Positions 42,235 to 51,494 of a DNA stretch of 64,000 bases are shown piece by piece. The stretch's first letter is position 1; each line of letters opens with the position of its first letter. The DNA comes from Escherichia phage vB_EcoM_G5211, in the sequence record MK327947.1; one strand, 5' to 3'. The notes below the pieces were generated by a model. It searched no databases. It was given only the letters and a program-made list of their open reading frames with translations, and had not been told where the DNA came from. A program made the translations under genes and the position numbers.

Positions 42235-42411
42235 TTACATTAACAGCATTGTTTGCTCTACGAGTTGTTCTTGTTCTTCGCCGTTCGCATCTTCACTAAT
42301 CGAACGTTCTGTTACTAGCTGTAAGCAGTAGCCAGTGTGAACAACGCCGTTTTCTGTCTGGACGGATAACGCATCCTCGACAGGTTGTTTACAACAAATA
42401 CAGATTTTCAT
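42235..42411 (-). CDS. Small Cys-containing hypothetical protein (58 aa) upstream of uvsY
   Basis: ORF MKICICCKQP...; below the ORF-track cutoff; position like T4 uvsY.-2. Confidence 0.35.
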   Translation of the reverse strand: MKICICCKQPVEDALSVQTENGVVHTGYCLQLVTERSISEDANGEEQEQLVEQTMLLM

Positions 42412-42432
42412 AAAAATTCCTCCTGCATGTAT

Positions 42433-42840
42433 TTAGCGACCAGATTCCAGCATACGCAATTCTATAGCATTCTTGATCGCAAATCCACGAGATTTAACGA
42501 TATCAAGTGCGCGACCAGCGAAATCCATTACCATCTGGTAATATGCAATTTTCGTATCAAGCGGTAAGATCTCGTCGTCTGCTGCCATGACAACTTTCAA
42601 TTCTGATTTCTCATATTCAGCACGACACCAGTCATCACTACGGTTAGTGTAAAAGTCAAGACGATTTTTCATAGCCTTTTTCTTTTTAGCCTCAAGAGCA
42701 ATCGTCTCTCTTTTCGCCTCGCTGTAAATCCTTAACCACTTTGAGTATACTACCGGATTATTCAGCGCCTCCCATTGCAACTTAGTCGCATCGATCTTCA
42801 TGTCAGCTTCTAATTGTTCTTTCAAATCGTTTAGGTCCAT
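42433..42840 (-). CDS. uvsY: UvsY recombination mediator protein
   Basis: 135 aa; sequence parallels T4 UvsY (KLQWEA.NN...YSKWL...KSRGFAIK). Confidence 0.9.
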   Translation of the reverse strand: MDLNDLKEQLEADMKIDATKLQWEALNNPVVYSKWLRIYSEAKRETIALEAKKKKAMKNRLDFYTNRSDDWCRAEYEKSELKVVMAADDEILPLDTKIAYYQMVMDFAGRALDIVKSRGFAIKNAIELRMLESGR

Positions 42841-42887
42841 AATATCCCCTTATTCACACTAAGACCTATATCATATCACACACAAAA

Positions 42888-43286
42888 TCACTTTGCAAGT
42901 CTTATGCGTAGTTGTTCAAGATCATCTGGGTTATCTATTACTGAAAAGTAGATTGATACTATGATTGAGTTATCGTCGTACTGCGGGGTTACTTCTACTG
43001 TCAGGTTTCGGACCCGTGGTTCATAGTTTCGGATCGCCTCATTGATGTTTTTTGATAAGGTATCCACTGTCAGTGGGTTCATGTTCTCAAACAGTGATTT
43101 ATTGAGATCGCATCCAAACAGTGGATCAAATGGACGAGATCCCTTGCGAGTAGTCACGATCAGTAGAATAGAATCCTTAACCGCTTTAATCCCTATGTTC
43201 TTTTTAACGTCGTTATTCCACGATCTGGATATATTGAGATCCAAATCAGTATACATCTGATTAATAGTTGCCATGTTATACCTCAA
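42888..43286 (-). CDS. 25: gp25 baseplate wedge protein
   Basis: 132 aa, same as T4 gp25; TTRKGSRPFDP...FSVIDNPDD conserved. Confidence 0.9.
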   Translation of the reverse strand: MRYNMATINQMYTDLDLNISRSWNNDVKKNIGIKAVKDSILLIVTTRKGSRPFDPLFGCDLNKSLFENMNPLTVDTLSKNINEAIRNYEPRVRNLTVEVTPQYDDNSIIVSIYFSVIDNPDDLEQLRIRLAK

Positions 43287-43912
43287 AGAATTTTAAGGAA
43301 ACTGGATAGACCTGATAATGAATATACACCAGATTCCCCGCATTCGCACTTGATCGGTACTGCCAGTGTGATTTGATTTCTTGTTAGCTCGTCGATCACT
43401 TCTTCCACTTTATCCGTGGTAAGCATATCCAGCACGCGGTCAAAGTCCTGTGCGTTCAGGTCGTCTATATTGAATTGCTGATCGCCTATCACGATATATT
43501 CGATACATGCAATTACCATCTGCATAATATCAACATCTTCTGTAAACTTAGGTTGACGAAATTTGATTTTTACTTGCCCTAAGTCCAGAATATACGGTTC
43601 AACTTCTGGTATCTGTGTGCGTGAAACATCAAGAGAGTATACTTTCTCTTTATTGCATACACCACACACCCAAGTAGCATCAATTTTCATCTTATTGAGG
43701 CTGTGACACCATAAGAGAAGAAAAATATATTCTGCTTCGCATTTCTCTAGCTCTAATGCATTGATCCCCGTACATTCATGTATGATCTCTATAACAACCT
43801 CTGACAGCTTGCCAGTCTCTTTTGCTGCTACCAGTTTTTGAAATTCGCCGAAGGTGAAAGCACGGGCGTGTATCAACTTTTCGCCTAATTGGATCTTGAA
43901 AAAGTATTGCAT
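43283..43912 (-). CDS. 26: gp26 baseplate hub protein
   Basis: 209 aa (T4 gp26 208 aa); synteny. Confidence 0.75.
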   Translation of the reverse strand: MQYFFKIQLGEKLIHARAFTFGEFQKLVAAKETGKLSEVVIEIIHECTGINALELEKCEAEYIFLLLWCHSLNKMKIDATWVCGVCNKEKVYSLDVSRTQIPEVEPYILDLGQVKIKFRQPKFTEDVDIMQMVIACIEYIVIGDQQFNIDDLNAQDFDRVLDMLTTDKVEEVIDELTRNQITLAVPIKCECGESGVYSLSGLSSFLKIL

Positions 43913-43954
43913 AATAAAACACCCTTTATAAACACATAGAATTATTTAGTATTT

Positions 43955-43962
43955 TATAAATA
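43955..43962 (+). promoter_or_regulatory. T4-type late promoter TATAAATA upstream of gene 51
   Basis: Exact TATAAATA about 21 nt upstream of ATG at 43983. Confidence 0.55.
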
Positions 43963-43982
43963 CCCGAAAGGGGGATTATACC

Positions 43983-44753
43983 ATGAATATTATCAGAATA
44001 AAACTACCGGAAGGTGTGCAGAGATTTAAACCATTCACGGTAAAAGATTATAGAGATTTCCTTCTGGTGTCAACTGAAATTAAGATGAATCCAGAAGAAG
44101 AACAAACGATTCTTGATGAGCTATTAGAAGAAATATATCCAGACGTAGATCCGGCATTTCGTGAATATATTTTCCTGAATGTCTTTACTAGTTCAATTGG
44201 TAAAACTAAAATACCTCTTTGTTTTACTTGCCCGACTTGCAACAAAGAAAGAAAAATGTTGCTTAACTTACAGGTTGAAGCACTAAAACCAATCGTTCTA
44301 GAGGCCGCAGGGCTTAAAATAACTTTCCGGTATGTTAAACCATCAACCGACTATGCAAAAACGTTTCTGGATGCGATAGAGCGTGTATCTGATGGTATTA
44401 ATGATTATCTATGGACTGAATTACCGGAAGAAGTTAGAGAACAGGTTATCGATTCAATCTCATTTGCTGAATTTGAAGAAGTTGTTAAGCAGATGCACAC
44501 AATCAAGATCGAACAAAAGATATCTTGTTGTGAAAGTCATGACCTGAAATACATAGGTCTTCTTCCATTATTCAAATTGTTGTTGAATCCAGATGAGTTA
44601 TTCATCTTTTATCGAATAAACCATCTATTGGCAAAATCAAATTATTCTATCAGTGATCTTATGGATATGTTACCGGTCGAGAGAAACATTGCACTGACAC
44701 TGGTCGAGAAAGACGTAAAAGAGGCAAATAATGCAAAGAACGGGGTTTCCTAA
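43983..44753 (+). CDS. 51: gp51 baseplate hub assembly protein
   Basis: 256 aa (T4 gp51 249 aa); synteny. Confidence 0.7.
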   Translation: MNIIRIKLPEGVQRFKPFTVKDYRDFLLVSTEIKMNPEEEQTILDELLEEIYPDVDPAFREYIFLNVFTSSIGKTKIPLCFTCPTCNKERKMLLNLQVEALKPIVLEAAGLKITFRYVKPSTDYAKTFLDAIERVSDGINDYLWTELPEEVREQVIDSISFAEFEEVVKQMHTIKIEQKISCCESHDLKYIGLLPLFKLLLNPDELFIFYRINHLLAKSNYSISDLMDMLPVERNIALTLVEKDVKEANNAKNGVS

Positions 44754-45840
44754 TGTCTCAATAAAACTTTATCAGGATTATGAGGCATTTCTAAATCATC
44801 GCTTTATAGAATTGGGTGCTACCTTTGTTACAATGACTCTGCGTGATTCGATTCGTGGGGTGAACGAAGGATTGTTGCAATTCTATGATAATAAGGCGAT
44901 GCATACAAAATTAAACGGGAGAGAGATCATTCAGATTTCGCTATCAACTGCTAATACAGATGAAGTGTTTAACCGAATCTATGGGATCTCTCATAGTAAT
45001 GTAACAATTGACCAAAAATCCGACAACATTTTAACATTCCAGTTAAAGAGCTATCACGAAACACTAAACCTTAAATTTTCCCGCTCATTGACAAATAACG
45101 CTGTTAATAACGTAACTAGCATGATTGATGCCATCTATAAGGAAGTTCCTTTATGGAAACCTACTATAAAGGGTGATAACGTTGTTATTCCTCGTTGTCC
45201 GTGGGTTAGTACCATAAATGACTATATGGATTTTGTGAGGGCATACGGGCAAAGCGTAGAAACAGAGTCTTTCGTGTATTGCTGGGAAGATTTTGATGGT
45301 ATAACGATCGCTGGACACGATACAATATTAAAAAATGAGCCAATACCAGCTATAATCTGTGAGCCTAGACTCATGGGGCAATTTATTGATATGTCGCCTA
45401 ATCTGATGGTTTTTAATTTCGAGTGGAAGACTAAGAGCAATGCTAAAGTTAAAAATTCATTTAGCAATGTGACATACACAACTATTGATTTTGTTACTAA
45501 GCAGTATAATAAAATTATTGTTGGTAATGGGGATAATATTGCACACTTTGCTCATGGTGGCGCTTATGGCGATTTAACTTATAAGAATGCGTTTTTGGAA
45601 GGTTCTAAACTTGCCACAATAGAACAATATGATTCATATGCTACCGCCGTGTGTCACGGTAATTTTTCGTTGCGCCCCGGTATGGTTATTCGATTCTTTG
45701 ATGAGAAGCAACAAGCACGCAATGATTTTATTGTTGACGAAGTGGTGCATGAAATTAGCCGAGAGCAATCATTAACTCACCTGTATATGATCGGTAACAG
45801 CGAAGAATTACAGGAAGTCAAATTTGAAGGTAAGATATAA
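44731..45840 (+). CDS. 27: gp27 baseplate hub protein
   Basis: 369 aa; synteny. Confidence 0.8.
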   Translation: MQRTGFPNVSIKLYQDYEAFLNHRFIELGATFVTMTLRDSIRGVNEGLLQFYDNKAMHTKLNGREIIQISLSTANTDEVFNRIYGISHSNVTIDQKSDNILTFQLKSYHETLNLKFSRSLTNNAVNNVTSMIDAIYKEVPLWKPTIKGDNVVIPRCPWVSTINDYMDFVRAYGQSVETESFVYCWEDFDGITIAGHDTILKNEPIPAIICEPRLMGQFIDMSPNLMVFNFEWKTKSNAKVKNSFSNVTYTTIDFVTKQYNKIIVGNGDNIAHFAHGGAYGDLTYKNAFLEGSKLATIEQYDSYATAVCHGNFSLRPGMVIRFFDEKQQARNDFIVDEVVHEISREQSLTHLYMIGNSEELQEVKFEGKI

Positions 45841-46358
45841 TGACAGAAACTAAACCTATGTTAAAATTTGTTGTTCCTGTAAAAAAATTAGAGATAAACG
45901 GGAAACATATCAAGATCCCAAAAATGGGGATTAAGCAACATCGATTATTAAAAGATGTTCGTAGCTGTGATGAAACATTAAAGATTCTTCTTGATTCAAT
46001 CTGTCCTGGGTTAAACGCTGCCGAGTCTGAATTGGTTATGCTTAACCTTTGTGCGTTTAATGGTAAGTGTCTGGAAGAAAAAGATGGTCTTAAGCTGTCT
46101 GATGTGTATATTTGTACAGAGACTGAATTTACTTTAAATGGTAAAGTCTTTAAATTTAAAAATCCAATGTACACTTCTGACCCCATTATCGATGACGCTG
46201 ATTTCTTGAGTCATCATTATCACGATCCTAGTGTAGACTTCCATGATTTCCCAGCTTTTATTATGGATTGGGCTACAGGATTAAGAAAAACTATTGCGCT
46301 GGATACACCGGAAGGTACTATCTATGGTGGAATTAACATATTGGATCGCCTATCATGA
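45840..46358 (+). CDS. 28: gp28 baseplate hub distal protein
   Basis: 172 aa (T4 gp28 177 aa); synteny. Confidence 0.7.
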   Translation: MTETKPMLKFVVPVKKLEINGKHIKIPKMGIKQHRLLKDVRSCDETLKILLDSICPGLNAAESELVMLNLCAFNGKCLEEKDGLKLSDVYICTETEFTLNGKVFKFKNPMYTSDPIIDDADFLSHHYHDPSVDFHDFPAFIMDWATGLRKTIALDTPEGTIYGGINILDRLS

Positions 46359-48088
46359 ATGACGCATTAACATCATTTCGCGGGATGCGCAAGGAAGCGG
46401 AAGAAAACCCGATTGATAAACTTAACAAATTAGATAAACTTGATTCTATTGATAATTTGCAAGCCGCTACCGAATTGGTGGCAGAGACAGTAGAACAAAA
46501 ATCTAATGAAGTTGTTGGTGCGGTAGAGGATAACACCGCAGCCAATGAATTGACGGCAGAAAATACACAATCTACCGCTGGCAATACCCAAAAAACTTAT
46601 GAAGAATTGCAAAAACTCAATAATTTCTCTTCTCAGATGAATGAGAAATTACGTGGTTTTGGTGTTATGATGGAACGTAGATTTGGTGTTGTCAGTAAAA
46701 TGGCTAGCGGTATTGGTGCGATTGAAGAAGCACTGAAAAAACCGGAACAACCGCAAACAATGCCATCACCTCAGCCAGTTTTGCCTACTGTACCGGAACA
46801 GCCTAATAATGACAACTATCAAGGTCTTCCAAAGAAAAAACCGGATGTTGAGGAACGGAAGAAAAAGAACGCCGCAGATAAGCGCAATGCAGATTCTATG
46901 GAAAATCTTCTTAAAGTTGTTCGTGGAGGATTTAAAGAAACCATAGGTATCTCTAATAAGGTCTTAGGGATGTTATTTAAGATCACCTTGACCGCTATGG
47001 CAGAAGCCGCAAAATGGGGCGCTATTTTGATGGGTATTGTTTTTGCCATTGATACCCTTATGATTCATTTCAGATATTGGAGTGATTTATTCGAAACAAA
47101 ATTTGATGAATTTATGGATAAAGCCGGAGAATGGGCTGGACCAATTAGTGATATTCTAACAACTATTCGTCAAGTTCGAGATTATTGGTCTAAAGGCGAA
47201 TATGGAGAGTTAATTAAATCTCTTGTTATGGGTATTGGTGATGCATTCTATAAAACCTTTATCCAACTTGATCGAATTATCACTACTGGTATTGCTAAAA
47301 TTCTTCGCATGATCCCTGGTATGGGTGATTATGCCGATAAGTTAGAATATGGTGCTTTAAAATCTGCTGTCGCTCAAGGCTATACGCCAAATGAAAGAGA
47401 ACTCGAATTAATGGATAAGGTCGAGTCTGAACACGAAGAGGACAAATACGGGGAGCGTACTGGTTGGACCGGAAAAGCCCGTGATATTGGTGAGGCTATC
47501 GGTGACTCCATTAAAGATAAAGTTAACGAGGGTCTTGTTAGTCTGGGTTGGAGAGATCAAAAGGATGTTGACGCAGAGAAACGACAAGAAGAATTAAAAC
47601 GCGGGGAATATAAGTCTGTTTCTGCTGAACAACGATCTGCTAGTCGTAAACTTAGAATTAAAAGCGAGGGCGCGATCAATAATATTAATGAAGTTATGGA
47701 GAATTTGAGCGGTGACTATGACAAAGAAAGAATGGAAGAGTTGAAAAAGGATATTGATGTTTACCGTGAGCAAGTTCAAGATCCTACATTAGTTGAAAGT
47801 GATCGTTCTCAGTTAGAGCGTCTTATTGAAAAATTTGATGAGATGTATGCTGATAAAACTAAGGGTGCGGTTCCAACTAATCCTGTTCCTGCAACTGAAA
47901 CGGAAACAGCAAAACAAGCGGAACGTACTGAACAAATGCAGAAACAAGCTGCAATCCAGCAACAAACGACAAATCAGACCTCAAACGTAAATAATACACA
48001 AATTGTAACAAACAATAGAACTATTAAACAGGGTGCACCAACAACTAGAATTGATGCCCCCGGTACAATTAATATGGGGAACTTTTAA
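46355..48088 (+). CDS. 29: gp29 baseplate hub / tail length determinator
   Basis: 577 aa (T4 gp29 590 aa); synteny. Confidence 0.8.
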   Translation: MNDALTSFRGMRKEAEENPIDKLNKLDKLDSIDNLQAATELVAETVEQKSNEVVGAVEDNTAANELTAENTQSTAGNTQKTYEELQKLNNFSSQMNEKLRGFGVMMERRFGVVSKMASGIGAIEEALKKPEQPQTMPSPQPVLPTVPEQPNNDNYQGLPKKKPDVEERKKKNAADKRNADSMENLLKVVRGGFKETIGISNKVLGMLFKITLTAMAEAAKWGAILMGIVFAIDTLMIHFRYWSDLFETKFDEFMDKAGEWAGPISDILTTIRQVRDYWSKGEYGELIKSLVMGIGDAFYKTFIQLDRIITTGIAKILRMIPGMGDYADKLEYGALKSAVAQGYTPNERELELMDKVESEHEEDKYGERTGWTGKARDIGEAIGDSIKDKVNEGLVSLGWRDQKDVDAEKRQEELKRGEYKSVSAEQRSASRKLRIKSEGAINNINEVMENLSGDYDKERMEELKKDIDVYREQVQDPTLVESDRSQLERLIEKFDEMYADKTKGAVPTNPVPATETETAKQAERTEQMQKQAAIQQQTTNQTSNVNNTQIVTNNRTIKQGAPTTRIDAPGTINMGNF

Positions 48089-49146
48089 TGAAAATTAGTG
48101 TTATCAATGATGCCGTTGATAGCTTTAAAGCGGGGGTTAAAACCTCCGCTGGTTTTACCTCAAAAAATAAAGGGAAAACATTAACCGCTCAATTCCCCGC
48201 TGAACGTGCTAGCGGTAATGATGCTAGCGGTTATTATATCAACGACTTATATAATAATGGTCTGTTATTCACTGCATACGATTATACATCTCGTACTACC
48301 GGATCGTTGCGTGATTTCAGGAAAAAGAAAAATGTTGCTAGCGGTTTTGGTGGTAGCGTTAATATCGCTGGTTTTGATTTAAATTTGGGTGGGAGAAATG
48401 CTGCATTTGACCGAGAGGCAATTGCTAATATTCTTCTTCCTCGTAGTCAATCTGACGTTGACGCTGCTAGCCATAAGTTTAATGATGTTGGTGAATCTGT
48501 CATTTCTCGCGGCGGTGGTACTTTAGGCGGTGCTCTTTCTAATATGGCATCTACTGCCGTTTTTGGTGGTATCGAAAGTATTACTGGTGGATACCTTGCC
48601 GACCACGGTGAACAGATTTATAATACTGCGCGAAGCATGTATGCGGGTGCTGACGCACGAACTAAAAACTACGTATGGCATTTAACCCCACGTAGTATTG
48701 AAGACCTTCGCAATATTCTGATCATATACGAAACGTTTTTAGAATTGTCTTATGGATCTAGTGGTATTTCCAGCACCGCAAAAGAATTAAAAGCGGAAGT
48801 TGATGCGTGGTATAAAAATACACTATTGAGAAAATCCACCCCAGAGGAAGCGAAGAGAAATGATACTCTGTTTGAAGGGATCACCGATTTTCTATCAAAC
48901 GCAATTACTGTATCTAACCCGACAATATGGATGATCTCTAACTTCGGTAAGCGTACATCGTTTGAAGGGCGTAGCGATGCATTTGGTCCCGCTCAGATCT
49001 CAAGTGTACGTCTGGACAAGTCGCCTGATGGTAAGTTTAATGGTCTTGCTATTTCTCCTAACTTGCCTAGTACATTTGTTCTGGAAGTATCATTTAGAGA
49101 GATCTTGACACTTTCCCGTGGTACTATATTTGGGAGTGCGGCATAA
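48088..49146 (+). CDS. 48: gp48 baseplate tail-tube junction protein
   Basis: 352 aa (T4 gp48 364 aa); synteny. Confidence 0.8.
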   Translation: MKISVINDAVDSFKAGVKTSAGFTSKNKGKTLTAQFPAERASGNDASGYYINDLYNNGLLFTAYDYTSRTTGSLRDFRKKKNVASGFGGSVNIAGFDLNLGGRNAAFDREAIANILLPRSQSDVDAASHKFNDVGESVISRGGGTLGGALSNMASTAVFGGIESITGGYLADHGEQIYNTARSMYAGADARTKNYVWHLTPRSIEDLRNILIIYETFLELSYGSSGISSTAKELKAEVDAWYKNTLLRKSTPEEAKRNDTLFEGITDFLSNAITVSNPTIWMISNFGKRTSFEGRSDAFGPAQISSVRLDKSPDGKFNGLAISPNLPSTFVLEVSFREILTLSRGTIFGSAA

Positions 49147-50078
49147 TGTTTGATTTAAATGACTTTAACGAACAAGCCGCTAACCTTGACTTTCAGCGAT
49201 CTAACTTATTCAGCGTGGCATTTGCCACCACTCCAAGTAATAAGACACAAGCGATCCTAGAAAGTATGGGCGGTGCGGTATATGATATTATACCAAATGC
49301 ATTAAATGACTATTTCGGGATTACTCGTGGTGATTATACTGACGCATTAACAAATCTTGCTGTACAGGGTGTTAGGCGTGCTGTTGATTCATCCGGTGTC
49401 AAAAAGTATCTTTTAGGTGCAATGTCATCCCGCGTAGTTCAATCTCTTCTGGGGCAATTTGATGTTGGTACATATGCGCTTGACTGGTTCAATATGGCAT
49501 ATAAGACAAGCGGTCTTCTGGTGTATGCTGTTAAGGTTCCAGAAAACAGATTGAATTATGAAATGGACCGTAACCACAATGCGCCAAACATTCGAATTAC
49601 CGGACGTGATTTTGATCCGCTTGTATTGAGCTTTAGAATGGACTCTAGCGCATCAAACTATAGAGCAATGCAGGATTGGGTTAACTCAGTAGAAGACCCC
49701 GTGACAGGGCTTCGTGCGCTTCCTGTTGACGTTGAAGCAGATATTCAGGTTAACTTACATAACCGAATGGGAGTTCCTCACACAATCATGATGTTTAATG
49801 GTTGTGTTCCTGTTGGTGTGAGTGCACCGGAATTAACCTATGAAAACAACAACGAAATTACAACATTCGATGTTACTTTTGCGTATAGGACTATGCAAAC
49901 TGGTGCTGTAGGAGAGCAAGCCGCGCGAGAATGGATTGAGGATAAGGCAATAAACGCAATAACAAACACTTTCGGCAATAATTTACTTGATAGTGGGTTA
50001 TCTGCTGCTGGTAATGCTTTATCGCGTCTAAATGGCGTTGGTGGGCGTGTGGTGAATACTGTCACTAACTGGTTCTGA
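49146..50078 (+). CDS. 54: gp54 baseplate tail-tube initiator
   Basis: 310 aa (T4 gp54 320 aa); synteny. Confidence 0.8.
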   Translation: MFDLNDFNEQAANLDFQRSNLFSVAFATTPSNKTQAILESMGGAVYDIIPNALNDYFGITRGDYTDALTNLAVQGVRRAVDSSGVKKYLLGAMSSRVVQSLLGQFDVGTYALDWFNMAYKTSGLLVYAVKVPENRLNYEMDRNHNAPNIRITGRDFDPLVLSFRMDSSASNYRAMQDWVNSVEDPVTGLRALPVDVEADIQVNLHNRMGVPHTIMMFNGCVPVGVSAPELTYENNNEITTFDVTFAYRTMQTGAVGEQAAREWIEDKAINAITNTFGNNLLDSGLSAAGNALSRLNGVGGRVVNTVTNWF

Positions 50079-50087
50079 TAAGCGAAA

Positions 50088-50111
50088 GGCGGGGATTATC
50101 CCCGCCTTTTT
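50088..50111 (+). terminator. Rho-independent terminator after gene 54
   Basis: Hairpin ggcgggg-attat-ccccgcc followed by TTTTT. Confidence 0.7.
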
Positions 50112-50595
50112 ATTTTGCTAAATCATTGCAATATTTTAGTGCCTTAGTTTGAAATTCTGCGCTGTTAAGTTCTTCATAACGGTCATAATCACCGTTTAAT
50201 GCTGCTTTTCTTGCTTCTTGCTCTATCTGCATGTCAGACATGATAATACAGCGATCCCGCGCTTTCATCTTCTCAAGTTGTATAGACTCTTCTTTCTGCT
50301 TGCGCAATTCTTCTTGACGCTTCTTTTCTTCTTGTGCTTTCTCTTCCCGCGCTTCTTTGATTGCATCCTTGAACATCTGCGTTTGTGGTGCTAAACCAAC
50401 TTTAACTCGATCTACGTCTCGACGTTCCATTTTAGAAATAAAGCATGATTCGATCTGATCATCACTTGCATATGCTGCTTTACATTCACGAAGCAAGAAA
50501 ACCGGATCTGATTTAGCATTCATCATAGCTTCCATGTTGGCACAACCAGTAAGCATGAATGCAGCCGCAAGACCAATCAGTTTAATCATTTTCAT
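50110..50595 (-). CDS. Putative lipoprotein (signal peptide with LTGC lipobox)
   Basis: N-terminus MKMIKLIGLAAAFMLTGC; charged coiled-coil-like middle; 161 aa. Confidence 0.6.
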   Translation of the reverse strand: MKMIKLIGLAAAFMLTGCANMEAMMNAKSDPVFLLRECKAAYASDDQIESCFISKMERRDVDRVKVGLAPQTQMFKDAIKEAREEKAQEEKKRQEELRKQKEESIQLEKMKARDRCIIMSDMQIEQEARKAALNGDYDRYEELNSAEFQTKALKYCNDLAK

Positions 50596-51416
50596 TTAGT
50601 CACCTCACCGAAAATTGTAAATTGTCTACGATTCTCATCGCCGAAAGATTCTACTACGTCGTTTACCTTGACGCAAGTCCCGCGCGGTAAAATTACTTCA
50701 CATTCGCAAGGGTTCCATGCAATGGACCCAACAACAAAACCTTTATGATCTTTTACATCAATCACCCATGATACATTACAAGAATGTTGCATCTTTCCGG
50801 TCATGGATTCATATCGATTCTCACAATAAAGGCTAGTGCTGTTTGATAGCCAGCCTCCAAAGATGATCGGTGTCATGCTGGTCGATACAAAGTTTTTAAA
50901 GGTAAACTCCTTATCTTCAATGATACGCTCTATTGTCTGAATGTCAAGATGTTGACCGCGATAAAGAGTACCGTTTAACTTTTCGGTTTTATCCATGACG
51001 CAATCCATCAAATCGACAATCTCTGATATCTCATCGGTCATGTCTTCTTCCCCTAAGAGAGCACCATTTACCCATTCGTATTGCTCAGACACATAATCAC
51101 AGATTGCATTATATTCTGCTGGGGTTATGTTGTTATGTTTGTAATGTTTGAATACATTATCTCCAAAGTCTTCGGAGTGTACTTCATACATCACATTAAT
51201 GATTTTCTTGACAAATCCATAATCTTGTGTCTCACGCTCAAGGAAGCGGATAACCTTCACATAATCATCAAAGTTAATCTGATCGCTGATCATCTCAGTG
51301 ATCATGTAACCATTAATACCCTCAATGTCATATGTTTCGATGTAATTATCCATACGTTCCATCATTGATTCGCGTGATTCTTCTGAAAGACGAAAATCCT
51401 GTAATTTCTTGAACAT
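50592..51416 (-). CDS. Short Alt-like ADP-ribosyltransferase (R-S-E class)
   Basis: LYRGQ (Arg), FVSTSMTP (STS), ECEVILPRG (ExE-like) parallel the Alt catalytic region; 274 aa. Confidence 0.7.
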   Translation of the reverse strand: MFKKLQDFRLSEESRESMMERMDNYIETYDIEGINGYMITEMISDQINFDDYVKVIRFLERETQDYGFVKKIINVMYEVHSEDFGDNVFKHYKHNNITPAEYNAICDYVSEQYEWVNGALLGEEDMTDEISEIVDLMDCVMDKTEKLNGTLYRGQHLDIQTIERIIEDKEFTFKNFVSTSMTPIIFGGWLSNSTSLYCENRYESMTGKMQHSCNVSWVIDVKDHKGFVVGSIAWNPCECEVILPRGTCVKVNDVVESFGDENRRQFTIFGEVTK

Positions 51417-51494
51417 TTTAAACCTCCCATATAACAGAAAACGGGGCTAGTATAAAACTAGTCCCCGTTTGAGTCAACCATTATTTCTTAAAAA

